18,723 bases of DNA from Gemmatimonadota bacterium (GTDB taxonomy: Bacteria > Gemmatimonadota > Gemmatimonadetes > Palauibacterales > Palauibacteraceae), in contig JBHIAV010000051.1 of assembly GCA_046758745.1 (NCBI GenBank), positions 1-18,723 on the forward strand, in the 5' to 3' direction. The position numbers were made by a program, and so were the translations under genes. A model generated the notes under the pieces. That model made no database searches, was not told the DNA's origin, and was given only the letters and a program-made list of their open reading frames with translations. Shown here one piece after another: positions 1 through 9,237 of this stretch (within the stretch, counting starts at the first letter, position 1; each line of letters opens with the position of its first letter).

Positions 1-53
1 CCACCATCCCTTGGTTAGAGTCGAGGTGGCGCATTACTCGGACACGCTCCTAG
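1..53 (+). mobile_element. Probable right end (terminal inverted repeat plus CTAG target) of an insertion sequence, IS1182- or IS5-family-like; element body lies outside the window
   Basis: 32-49 CATTACTCGGACACGCTC followed by CTAG (50-53). Its reverse complement GAGCGTGTCCGAGTAATG matches 18674-18691 GAGCCTGTCCCCGTAATG at 15/18, and both lie next to CTAG. The frame starting at base 3 is open (TIPWLESRWRITRTRS) and stops at the TAG of CTAG, as expected for a transposase C-terminus. Family assignment is inference. Confidence 0.65.
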
Positions 54-135
54 GGCGGCCCGGCACCATCCGCGCCTCTAGGGCGGCTCGGCGCCGCCGA
101 CGCCTCTAGGGCGGCTCGGGCACCGCGCACGCCTC
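45..135. repeat. Short tandem repeat, about 3.3 copies of a 28-bp unit with core CGCCTCTAGGGCGGCTCGG
   Basis: CTAGGGCGG occurs at 50, 78 and 106 (period exactly 28). CGCCTCTAGGGCGGCTCGG is identical at 73-91 and 101-119. A partial fourth copy ACGCCTC is at 129-135. Confidence 0.85.
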
Positions 136-296
136 CCGCTGGATACCCTCACCGAGGGTGGCCGTGACCACTCAGCCGTCGGGAAGCGGGATATCCGGCC
201 GCGCGGCGTAGTATGGCCGGGCGAGGGCCGCGCCCGGCTTTCCCCCGGCCGCTCCTGTCGCGAGCTTGTGAACGAAACGCCAAAGGAAAGAGCGGA

Positions 297-1415
297 ATGT
301 CGCACGACGAGCTGAAAACCGGCACCACGGAGGATCTCTTCCCCGGGGTTGTCTACTCTGACGCTCCCCGGAACGTGTACTGGGAGATGACGATCGCGTG
401 CGACCTGGCGTGCAAGCATTGCCGCGCCAACGCGATCCACGAGCGGGATCCGGAGGAGCTGAACGGCGAGGAAGCCCGTGCCCTGATGCGCGATATCAAG
501 CGGATGGGCAGCATGCTCATCCTCACCGGCGGGGATCCGATGAAGCGGCCGGATCTCTTCGACCTCATCGCCTATGCGCGCTCCATCCGGCTCTCCGTCT
601 CGATCACGCCGAGCACGACGCCCACTCTCACGCGGGAGGCGATCCGCCGCTTCAAGGATCTCGGTATCGCGGCCATGGGCGTCAGCCTGGATGGCCCCGA
701 CGCGACCTTGCACGACGCTTTCCGAGGCGTGGCGGGAACCTTCGATCACTCGATGCGGGCGCTGGCCTGCGCACGCGAGTTCCGCATCGCCGTGCAGGTG
801 AACACCACGGTCACCCGTGACACGATGCGGCACCTCCCTGCGATGTACGATCTCCTCCGGGCTGAGGCCGTGCCGCCGGTCCGGCGGTGGAGCCTCTTCC
901 TCCTCGTTCCCGTGGGACGCGGAGCGGCGCTCGGCATCCCGGAGGCCGATGAGGTGGAGGCCCTGTTCGAGTGGGTCTACGACACGGCCCGCGCCGCGCC
1001 GTTCAACGTTCGGACGGTCGAGGCGCCCCACTACCGGCGCTACTGGATCCAGCGAAGGCTGGCGGAGGGGAGCTCGCGCGAAGCGATCGGGAGATCCGCC
1101 AAGCGAATGGGGCTCGGGGTGCGGGACGGGAACGGCGTCGTCTTCGTGTCCCACCGGGGCGAGGTCTTCCCGGCCGGCTTTCTCCCATATCCCCGCCTAG
1201 GGAACGTCCGCGAGCGGCCGCTCTCGGAGATCTACCGGGAATCCTCCGCCCTCGCCGAGCTCCGAGACATGGACCGGCTGCGCGGCAAGTGCGGCGCCTG
1301 TGAGTTCCGCTGGGCGTGCGGCGGGTCGCGGGCCCGCGCCTACGCCATGACAGGCGATCACCTCGGCTCGGATCCCTTCTGCGCCTACCAGCCGGAGCCT
1401 GCTCGTTCGGTGTGA
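297..1415 (+). CDS. Radical SAM/SPASM-domain protein (TIGR04053 / AhbC-AhbD-NirJ-like clade)
   Basis: CxxxCxxC motif (CDLACKHC), LTGGDP, SLDG and a C-terminal CGACEFRWACGGSRARAYA...DPFC cluster. ATG 297 is preceded by AAAGGAAAG; the ORF-track start at 213 looks over-extended. Confidence 0.88.
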   Translation: MSHDELKTGTTEDLFPGVVYSDAPRNVYWEMTIACDLACKHCRANAIHERDPEELNGEEARALMRDIKRMGSMLILTGGDPMKRPDLFDLIAYARSIRLSVSITPSTTPTLTREAIRRFKDLGIAAMGVSLDGPDATLHDAFRGVAGTFDHSMRALACAREFRIAVQVNTTVTRDTMRHLPAMYDLLRAEAVPPVRRWSLFLLVPVGRGAALGIPEADEVEALFEWVYDTARAAPFNVRTVEAPHYRRYWIQRRLAEGSSREAIGRSAKRMGLGVRDGNGVVFVSHRGEVFPAGFLPYPRLGNVRERPLSEIYRESSALAELRDMDRLRGKCGACEFRWACGGSRARAYAMTGDHLGSDPFCAYQPEPARSV

Positions 1416-2821
1416 GCGTCTCGCCCCGGCCACGCGGCTGTCCCCGCCGCCAGTAGCGCTCCGGCGGCCGCCGTCCACCCCGACCGGATGCAGTCCGGGA
1501 TTCCGACCCCGCGATACGAGGCGCCCGCGAGGAAGAGCCCGGGGTGTTCGGCCAGCCTTCGCTCGATCCGCTCGATCCGCTCGAGGTGTCCGGTGACGTA
1601 CTGAGGCATTCCCCTCGGCCACCGGTGGACGCGCGCCACGGTCGGCTCCGCCCTGATCCCGAGCGTCTCGGAGACCTCCACGCGGGCAGCCCGCTCGAGC
1701 TCCTGAGCGGTTCTCCCCACGACTTCCTCGCTCCCGGCGCGTCCGACGAAGATGCGAAGAAGGACGCTGCCCTCCGGGGCGCGGCCCGGGAACTTGCTGG
1801 ACGTCCAGCTGCAGGCGACCACCGGACCGCCCTCGGCGCGAGGTGAGAGGTAGCCGGAGCCGTTGAGCGGGTGCGGGACGGCCTCGACAGGGTAGGCGAG
1901 CGTGACGATCGCGGTCGACACGAAGGGGATCTCGGCGAGCCGGCGGGCGAGCTCCGGATCGAGCGTGCGCACGAGTTCCGCCGAGACGAACGCGGGTGTG
2001 GCCAGAATCACGGCGCGCGCGGTGAGCTGGGAGCCGTCCGCCAGTTCGACCCGGTAGCGATCCTCCTCCCGCCGCACGGCGATCGCGGGGGTTCCCCGAC
2101 GGATGCGCTCGGGCGGTATTCGCCGCTCGATCTGGCTGACCATCTCCGCGAGCCCGCCCTCGATGCTCACGAGCCCGGGCCCCGCCGGACGGGGTGCGCG
2201 GCGTCGCCACATCGCCCGGAGGAGACTGCCGTGCGCCCGCTCCATGTCGGCGATGTGCGGGAAGGTAGCGCGCAGGCTGAGGCGCCCTCCATCCCCCGCG
2301 TGGATCCCGCTCAGCAGGGGCTCCACCAGCCAGTCGTACGCCTCGGCGCCGAAGCGCCGCGTGATGAAGGCCCGGATCGTCTCGTCCTGGGAGTCGCCAC
2401 GCCCGGGAACGAAATACTCGAGTCCTGCGCGCAGGCGGCCCCGCACGGATAGGATTCGCGTCGCGAGGAGCGGCCCGATGCGGGAGGGGACGAGCCCCGT
2501 GATGCCGGCCGGGAGCTCGAAGAGCCGCCCGTCCCGTCGGACGAAGCTTCGACGGCGGTCCGGATCTGTCCCGCGCAACCGGTCTTCGAGACTCAGCTCG
2601 CGGCACAGCTCGACGGCGTCCGGCTTGGAGGACAGGAAGCTGTCCGGGCCGCCCTCGATGACGAACCCATCCGTGCGCTCGGTGAGGATCTTTCCCCCGA
2701 GCCGCTCGGTGCTCTCGACGAGCGTAGCTACACCCGGAGCGGCTCGTTCGACGAGCCGCAGCGCGGCCGCGAGGCCCGCGATCCCGCCCCCGACGACCAC
2801 GATGCCGGGTGAATCGGTCAT
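1385..2821 (-). CDS. hemG: FAD-dependent protoporphyrinogen/coproporphyrinogen oxidase (HemY-type, often annotated hemG)
   Basis: N-terminal VVGGGIAGLAAA dinucleotide-binding motif, RLGGKI, IEGGPDSF, MPQY and C-terminal LAGASYRGVGIPDCI, typical of the HemY family. Overlaps the convergent radical SAM gene by 31 bp. Confidence 0.93.
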   Translation of the reverse strand: MTDSPGIVVVGGGIAGLAAALRLVERAAPGVATLVESTERLGGKILTERTDGFVIEGGPDSFLSSKPDAVELCRELSLEDRLRGTDPDRRRSFVRRDGRLFELPAGITGLVPSRIGPLLATRILSVRGRLRAGLEYFVPGRGDSQDETIRAFITRRFGAEAYDWLVEPLLSGIHAGDGGRLSLRATFPHIADMERAHGSLLRAMWRRRAPRPAGPGLVSIEGGLAEMVSQIERRIPPERIRRGTPAIAVRREEDRYRVELADGSQLTARAVILATPAFVSAELVRTLDPELARRLAEIPFVSTAIVTLAYPVEAVPHPLNGSGYLSPRAEGGPVVACSWTSSKFPGRAPEGSVLLRIFVGRAGSEEVVGRTAQELERAARVEVSETLGIRAEPTVARVHRWPRGMPQYVTGHLERIERIERRLAEHPGLFLAGASYRGVGIPDCIRSGWTAAAGALLAAGTAAWPGRDAHTERAGSGW

Positions 2822-3075
2822 GGCAGGGTCGGAGCTACGGCCGCGGCGCTTTTCGTCCCCCGACTCGCAATCGCCTTGTCATTGCTCTTCTTCATGCCCA
2901 CCACGAATGTAAAAGGCCGGCGGATCGCCGGCAGCCGTCCCGCACACGACCGTCCAGACCCGGAGAGATGCGCGATGGCGGCCAGGGCGGAGCGCGCTCC
3001 CCTTCGCGTGAGCAGGCCGTTATTGTGGGCCGTAGCCTCGAAGACGGAGCACGGAAGAAGGAGAGGCGGATAGAA

Positions 3076-4479
3076 GTGCGACCAGGCTGGATGATCGCCG
3101 CGGTGGCCGGCGGCGCGCTGGCCCTCTCGCAGCGCGCGACCGCACAGTCGCTCGTCTCGCCCGGGGACAGCGCGCTCGCACACGAGATCTTCGCCGAGCT
3201 CATCGCGATCCGGTCCCTCTCGAGCAGCCCTGCCGCGGTGGAGGCCGCGGAGGCCGTGGCGACGCGGCTGCGCGCGGCCGGCTTTCCAGAGGAAGAGGTC
3301 CTCGTCGTCGGTCCGGAGCCGGGGGTGGGAGGGCTCGTGGCGCGCTACGGGGGCACGGGCGAGGGAGGGCGTCCGATCCTCCTCATGGCCCACCTCGATG
3401 TCGTCGACGCCCTCCGCGAGGACTGGTCGCTCGACCCCTTCGAGCTCATCGAGCGCGACGGCTGGTGGTACGGACGGGGCACCACGGACAACAAGGCCGG
3501 GGCGGCGATCCTCGTCGCCAACTTCCTCCGCTACAGGCGCGACGGGTTCGTTCCGAGCCGCGACCTGATCATGGTGCTCACGCTCGATGAGGAGACGGGG
3601 GGAAGGAGCATCGAGTGGCTGGTCCATGAGCGCCGCGACCTCGTGGACGCGGAGTTCGCCCTCAACACCGACGCGGGCGGGGGCGTGCTCCGGGAGGGCC
3701 GCGCGGTCATGAACGGCGTTCAGGCGAGCGAGAAGGTCTACCTGAGCTTCCGGCTGAAGGTGACGAACCCGGGCGGTCACAGCTCGCGGCCTCGCCCCGA
3801 GAACGCGATCTACACCCTGGCGGCCGGACTCGGCCGCCTGGCGAGCCACAGGTGGCCCGTCGAGCTGAACGAGGTGACCCGCGGATTCTTCGAGAGGGCG
3901 GCGTCGCTGGAGAACGGGCAGACGGCCGCGGACATGCGGGCCGTCGCGGCCACGCCTCCCGACCTCGCGGCGGCGGAGCGACTAGCCGCCCGCTCTCCCT
4001 ACCACAACGCGCTGATGCGCACCACCTGCGTGGCCACGCGGCTCGAGGCGGGTCACGCCGACAACGCGCTCCCGCAGACGGCCCGCGCGATCGTGAACTG
4101 CCGAATCCTACCGGGAAGGTCGCCCGATCAGGTGGAGCGCACGCTCAACGACGTGCTCGCCGACCCGGCCATCACGGTGAGCCGCGACGACGAGCCGAGA
4201 CCCAGCCCCCCATCGCCCCTCACCCCGGCCGTCCTCGGACCGATCGAGCGGCTGACGGATGCGATGTGGCCGGGCGTCCCCGTGGTGCCGGTGATGTCGA
4301 CCGGTGCCACCGACGGCCTATACGTCCGCAACGCGGGCATCCCGGTGTACGGGGTGGCGGCGATCTTCGAGGACCAGGACGACGTGCGAGCCCACGGGAA
4401 GGACGAGCGGATCGAGGTCCGACGCTTCTACGAGGCGCTCGAGTTCTGGTACCGGCTGGTACAGGAGCTCAGCCGGTGA
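3076..4479 (+). CDS. M20/M25/M40 family metallo-hydrolase/peptidase with probable signal peptide
   Basis: Metal-ligand motifs [29 protein letters not shown] and AHGKDER. Hydrophobic N-terminus ending ATA-Q. GTG 3076 follows AAGGAGAGG; ATG 3091 is an alternative start. Confidence 0.88.
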   Translation: MRPGWMIAAVAGGALALSQRATAQSLVSPGDSALAHEIFAELIAIRSLSSSPAAVEAAEAVATRLRAAGFPEEEVLVVGPEPGVGGLVARYGGTGEGGRPILLMAHLDVVDALREDWSLDPFELIERDGWWYGRGTTDNKAGAAILVANFLRYRRDGFVPSRDLIMVLTLDEETGGRSIEWLVHERRDLVDAEFALNTDAGGGVLREGRAVMNGVQASEKVYLSFRLKVTNPGGHSSRPRPENAIYTLAAGLGRLASHRWPVELNEVTRGFFERAASLENGQTAADMRAVAATPPDLAAAERLAARSPYHNALMRTTCVATRLEAGHADNALPQTARAIVNCRILPGRSPDQVERTLNDVLADPAITVSRDDEPRPSPPSPLTPAVLGPIERLTDAMWPGVPVVPVMSTGATDGLYVRNAGIPVYGVAAIFEDQDDVRAHGKDERIEVRRFYEALEFWYRLVQELSR

Positions 4480-6956
4480 GCGCGACGGGTGGGCCCTCCC
4501 GGCCGGCTCCCGGTCAGGACTTCATCCGAGAGATGGTCGCGGCCGACGTGGCGGCAGGGAGGCACGGGGGCCGAGTGACCACCCGCTTCCCGCCCGAGCC
4601 GAACGGCTTTCTCCACATCGGTCACGCGAAGTCGATCTGCCTCAACTTCGGGCTGGCCGAGGAATTCGGGGGAACCTGCAACCTCCGCATGGACGACACG
4701 AACCCGACCACCGAGGACGTCGAGTACGTCCGGGCGATAGAGCGGGACGTCCGGTGGCTCGGCTACGAATGGAACGGCGACACCCTGCACGCCTCCGACT
4801 ACTTCGAAAGGCTGTACGAGCTCGCCGAGCAGCTCATCCTGGATGGGAGGGCGTATGTCGATAGCCTGAGTGAGGAGGAGATCCGGGAGTACCGCGGCAC
4901 GGTGACCGACCCCGGGCGCGAGAGCCCGTACCGCGACCGCTCCGCGGAGGAGAGCCTCGACCTCTTCCGCCGCATGCGGGCGGGCGAGTTCCCGGACGGG
5001 GCGCACGTGCTGCGCGCGAGGATCGACATGGCCGCGCGGAACATGAAGATGCGGGACCCGCTCCTCTACCGGATCCGGCACGCCCACCACTATCGGACGG
5101 GCGACGATTGGCCGATCTATCCGATGTACGACTGGGCCCACCCCCTGTCGGATGCGATCGAGGGGATCACGCACTCCCTCTGCACCCTGGAGTTCGAGCC
5201 CAACCGGGAGCTGTACGACTGGGTGGTGGACCACACCCGGCCGGCGGGGCCGGAGAGCGAGCCGGGATCCTGGGATCCCCGCCCCCGCCAGACCGAATTC
5301 GCGCGTCTCAACCTCGACTACACGGTGCTCAGCAAACGGAGGCTGCTGGCGCTCGTCGGAGAGGGGCACGTGGCCGGGTGGGACGATCCGCGCATGCCGA
5401 CGATCGCCGGTCTCCGGCGGCGCGGGGTCACCTCGGAGACGATCCGCACGTTCTGCGATGCGATCGGCGTGGCGCGGGCCGACAACCGGGTGGACATGGG
5501 CAGGCTCGAGCACGCGGTGCGGGACGACCTGAACCGGAGGGCCCGCAGGGTCATGTGCGTGCTGCGGCCGCTCAGGGTGGTGATCGAGAACTACCCGGAG
5601 GGGGAGACGGAGCAGCTCGACGCGCCGTACTTCCCGCGAGATGTCCCGAAAGAGGGCTCGAGATCGGTGCCCTTCTCGCGCGTGCTGTACATCGAGCGGG
5701 AGGACTTCCTGGAGGACCCGCCGAAGGATTTCTATCGCCTCGCCCCGGGGCGGGAGGTGCGGCTCCGCTACGCCTACTTCATCCGGTGCACCGGAGTGGT
5801 GAAGGACGAGAGGACGGGCGAGGTGACCGAGCTCCGCTGCACGTACGACCCGGGCACGCGGGGGGGCTCGGCCCCGGACGGTCGTAAGGTGAGAGGTACG
5901 ATCCACTGGGTCTCGGCCGAGGAGTCGCTCCCGTGCGAGGTTCGGCTGTACGATCGGCTCTTCTCGGCCCCGAACCCGGAGGAGGAGGACTTTCGGAGGC
6001 ATCTGAATCCGGAGTCGGTGGTGATCCTCGAGGAGAGTCGCATCGAACCGAGCGTGGCGAAGGATTCACCGGGCGAGCGCTACCAGTTCGAGAGGCAGGG
6101 CTACTTCGTGAGGGACCTCGTGGACTCACGTCCCGACCGGCTCGTCTTCAACCGGACCGTCGCACTCCGCGACCGCTGGGAGAGAATCGCGGCCCGGGAA
6201 GCCGGGAAGAATGCCGCGGACGGCGAGGCCCTCCGGACGGGGGCGAGGAGCGAGCGGCCCGCGGGAGGTCGAGTCGGTGCGGCGCGCAAGGCGGGCGCGC
6301 AGGAAGGCCACGGGGTGGCGGCGACCCCTGCGCGTCCGGGGGCCAGAGGCGATAAGCCGGCGGCTGCCGGCGCCGTGCCGCGCGGGGCGGCCGATCGGGA
6401 GCGGGCCCGGGCCGGCTCGCCCGAGCTGGCCGAGCGGTTTCGCCGCTTCCAGCGTGAGCTGGGGCTATCCGAGGAGGACGCCGACATCCTCTCCGGCGAT
6501 GTCGCGCTGGCCAGGCTGTACGAGGAGGCCGTCGACGCCCACCCCAACCCGCAGGCGGTGGCGAACTGGGTCATCCACGATCTGCGCGGCGCCATCGGGA
6601 GCCGCTTGTTGGGCGACCTTTCGTTCGGAGGTCGGGAAGTCGGCGCCCTCGTCGCGCTCATCGAGGAGGGAAAGATCTCCGGGCGGATCGCGAAGGAGGT
6701 GCTCGCCCGCATGCTGGAGAGGGGTGGGGACCCCCGGGAGATCGTGAAGCGGCACGATCTCGAGCAGATCGACGATCCCGGCGTCCTGACGCCGTTGATC
6801 GACCGCTTGCTCCTCGGGAATCCCGATCAGGCCAGGCGATACCGGGAGGGACAGAGCGGCCTCCTCGGCTTCTTCGTGGGCCTCGTGATGCGGGAGACGA
6901 AAGGGAAGGCGAACCCCGAGCTTGTACAGAAACTCGTTCGCGAAAGACTGGGCTGA
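4476..6956 (+). CDS. glnS: Glutamine--tRNA ligase with C-terminal YqeY (GatB C-terminal-like) domain
   Basis: [17 protein letters not shown] (HIGH motif), [12 protein letters not shown] (KMSKS equivalent), GWDDPRMPT and QFERQGYF. C-terminal [19 protein letters not shown] is YqeY-like. GTG 4476 overlaps the upstream stop (GTGA) and follows a CAGGAG RBS. Confidence 0.95.
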   Translation: MSATGGPSRPAPGQDFIREMVAADVAAGRHGGRVTTRFPPEPNGFLHIGHAKSICLNFGLAEEFGGTCNLRMDDTNPTTEDVEYVRAIERDVRWLGYEWNGDTLHASDYFERLYELAEQLILDGRAYVDSLSEEEIREYRGTVTDPGRESPYRDRSAEESLDLFRRMRAGEFPDGAHVLRARIDMAARNMKMRDPLLYRIRHAHHYRTGDDWPIYPMYDWAHPLSDAIEGITHSLCTLEFEPNRELYDWVVDHTRPAGPESEPGSWDPRPRQTEFARLNLDYTVLSKRRLLALVGEGHVAGWDDPRMPTIAGLRRRGVTSETIRTFCDAIGVARADNRVDMGRLEHAVRDDLNRRARRVMCVLRPLRVVIENYPEGETEQLDAPYFPRDVPKEGSRSVPFSRVLYIEREDFLEDPPKDFYRLAPGREVRLRYAYFIRCTGVVKDERTGEVTELRCTYDPGTRGGSAPDGRKVRGTIHWVSAEESLPCEVRLYDRLFSAPNPEEEDFRRHLNPESVVILEESRIEPSVAKDSPGERYQFERQGYFVRDLVDSRPDRLVFNRTVALRDRWERIAAREAGKNAADGEALRTGARSERPAGGRVGAARKAGAQEGHGVAATPARPGARGDKPAAAGAVPRGAADRERARAGSPELAERFRRFQRELGLSEEDADILSGDVALARLYEEAVDAHPNPQAVANWVIHDLRGAIGSRLLGDLSFGGREVGALVALIEEGKISGRIAKEVLARMLERGGDPREIVKRHDLEQIDDPGVLTPLIDRLLLGNPDQARRYREGQSGLLGFFVGLVMRETKGKANPELVQKLVRERLG

Positions 6957-6980
6957 CGCGCGGCGACGAGCTCTACCGCG

Positions 6981-7319
6981 TCAGCGGGGTGTCCTCCCGA
7001 AGAGAAAGGCCCACGCGAAGGAAGCGGCGACCGCAGCGATGAGGACGGCCAGGAGGTGGTCCGACGCCCAACCGAGCCCGTCGCGTCCCAGGCTCCGGAG
7101 ATCGGCCCACACGCGTGTGCCGGAGGCGCCGTACTCCGCCGCCCCCTGCGACGTCAGGATGACGACGCTCGGGAGCGTGGAAGCCCGCCATGCTCGAAGG
7201 CGTCGGGCCGGTCGGCCCAGGCCGCCGGAATCCTCCTTCCTCCTTGGGAGGCACACACCGGGTTCCCGTAAGACCCGAGAGCTTCGACCGCGTCGGAGTT
7301 CAGAAACAGAGCCGAGCAT
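6981..7319 (-). CDS. Small hypothetical membrane protein; start uncertain, protein-like core about 6981-7190
   Basis: C-terminal part VVILTSQGAAEYG...HLLAVLIAAVAASFAWAFLFGRTPR has one clear hydrophobic helix. The upstream in-frame sequence is Arg-rich and looks non-coding. Confidence 0.45.
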   Translation of the reverse strand: MLGSVSELRRGRSSRVLREPGVCLPRRKEDSGGLGRPARRLRAWRASTLPSVVILTSQGAAEYGASGTRVWADLRSLGRDGLGWASDHLLAVLIAAVAASFAWAFLFGRTPR

Positions 7320-7635
7320 ATACAAGACCCCTCGCTGCAAGGTGCCGCTCCCGTGTTCCGGCCCGGCCGCGGCCGGGCGCCACGGGCGTCGATGATCCGG
7401 CCGGCCGAGGCCGAGCACGCATCGCTGCTCCCTCCGGCGTCGATGCAAGAAACGTCGCTTCCCCGAGCGGGGCCGCTGCCGTCCCTTCCTGTGGCGGAGG
7501 CGCAACACCACGGGTGCCGCTCTTTCGCTCTCGGTCGTCCGGCTTCATCCTCTCTTGCCGCCCGGTTCTTGCACTCTCGACCCATTCGCCCCGGACGCCA
7601 CCGCCCGCAGCTGACCCGCCGGGGCCGGAGGACGT

Positions 7636-9222
7636 ATGCTCCCACCCGCCGTGACGGACATCGAGCTCGTCGGTAGCCGGACCCCGGAGGCGCCCCGCGT
7701 CCTCACCCCGCAGGCCCTGGCGTTCGCCGCCGATCTCCACCGCGAGTTTCGCGGCGTTCGCGAGAAGCTCCTCCGTAGCCGCGCGGAGAGGCAGGAGGAG
7801 TTGAGCGCGGGGGCACTCCCCGATTTCCTGTCCGGGACCCGCGACGTGCGTGAAGCGGAATGGAGCGTGCTCCCCCCGCCCGCCGATCTCGAGAAGCGCT
7901 GGGTGGAGATCACGGGTCCGGTGGACCGGAAGATGATGATCAACGCCCTGAACTCGGGGGCGGACGTCTTCATGGCCGACTTCGAGGACTCGCTTTCCCC
8001 CACGTGGGAGAACGTGGTGGCGGGGCAGGCGAACCTGGTCGATGCGGTGAGGCGGAGGCTGGAGTTCACCAGCCGCGATGGGAAGGAGTACCGGCTGAAC
8101 GAGCAGACGGCCACGCTGCTCGTCCGGCCGCGCGGCTGGCACCTGGTCGAGAAGCACGTGCGGGTGGGCGGCGAACCGATCTCCGCCAGCCTCTTCGACT
8201 TCGGCCTCTACCTTTTTCACAACGGGCGCGAGCTGCTGGAGCGCGGGACGGGCCCGTACTACTACCTGCCCAAGCTCGAGAGCCACCTCGAGGCGCGGCT
8301 GTGGAACGACGTCTTCGAGTACGCCCAGGATGCCCTCTCGATTCCGCGCGGCTCCATCCGGGCCACCGTGCTCATCGAGAACATCCTCGTCGCCTTCGAG
8401 ATGGAGGAGATCCTGTACGAGCTGCGCGACCACGCAGCGGGGCTCAATGCGGGGCGGTGGGACTACATCTTCAGCGTGATCAAGAAGTTCCGGAATCGCG
8501 CGGAGTTCATGCTCCCCGATCGCGCAAGGGTCACCATGACGGTCCCCTTCATGCGCGCCTACACCGAGCTCCTCGTGCGGAGCTGCCACAAGCGGGGGGC
8601 TCACGCCATCGGCGGGATGGCCGCCTTCATCCCGAGTCGCCGGGATCCGGAGGTCAACGCGCGGGCCCTCGAGATGGTGCGTGACGACAAGCTCCGCGAG
8701 GTCGGAGACGGGTTCGATGGCACCTGGGTGGCCCACCCCGATCTCGTTCCGCTGGCAAGAGAGGTGTTCGCCGAGAGGCTGGGCGAGCGGCCGCACCAGA
8801 AGGGGCGTCTCAGAGAGGAGGTGACGGTGGCCGCCGATGATCTCCTCGACTTCCGCGTGCCGGGCGGCGAGGTCACCGAGACCGGCGTCATCCAGAACGT
8901 GGGCGTGGCGCTCCAGTACCTCGACTCGTGGCTCCGCGGCATCGGTGCGGCGGCCATCTACAACCTCATGGAGGACACGGCGACGGCCGAGATCTCACGC
9001 GCGCAGCTCTGGCAGTGGATCCGCCACGGCGCGAAGCTGGCCGAAGGGGGGAGGGTCACCCGGGAGCGGTACGAGGCCACCCGGAGGGCGGAGGTCGAGC
9101 GGCTGGGGGAGGCGAGAGGCGAGGGCTCCCGACTGGCGGAGGCCGCCGCCCTGCTGGACGCGCTGGTGACGGCCGAGACGTTCACGGAGTTCCTGACGCT
9201 TCCCGGCTACGACCACCTCTGA
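7636..9222 (+). CDS. aceB: Malate synthase A
   Basis: [48 protein letters not shown] and [12 protein letters not shown]. 528 aa with a GGAGG RBS. Confidence 0.96.
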   Translation: MLPPAVTDIELVGSRTPEAPRVLTPQALAFAADLHREFRGVREKLLRSRAERQEELSAGALPDFLSGTRDVREAEWSVLPPPADLEKRWVEITGPVDRKMMINALNSGADVFMADFEDSLSPTWENVVAGQANLVDAVRRRLEFTSRDGKEYRLNEQTATLLVRPRGWHLVEKHVRVGGEPISASLFDFGLYLFHNGRELLERGTGPYYYLPKLESHLEARLWNDVFEYAQDALSIPRGSIRATVLIENILVAFEMEEILYELRDHAAGLNAGRWDYIFSVIKKFRNRAEFMLPDRARVTMTVPFMRAYTELLVRSCHKRGAHAIGGMAAFIPSRRDPEVNARALEMVRDDKLREVGDGFDGTWVAHPDLVPLAREVFAERLGERPHQKGRLREEVTVAADDLLDFRVPGGEVTETGVIQNVGVALQYLDSWLRGIGAAAIYNLMEDTATAEISRAQLWQWIRHGAKLAEGGRVTRERYEATRRAEVERLGEARGEGSRLAEAAALLDALVTAETFTEFLTLPGYDHL

Positions 9223-9237
9223 TCGGGGGACAGGAGG

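Noticed and set aside
45-135. CRISPR array
   Set aside because: The period is only 28 bp with about 9 variable nt, too short for spacers, and there are no cas genes.
3852-4475. 208-aa N-terminal extension of GlnRS
   Set aside because: It overlaps the M20 gene in another frame. GTG 4476 has an RBS and lies at the normal GlnRS start.
7622-7640. TetR operator at the aceB start (ACGTATG)
   Set aside because: Only a partial half-site is present, with no matching left arm.
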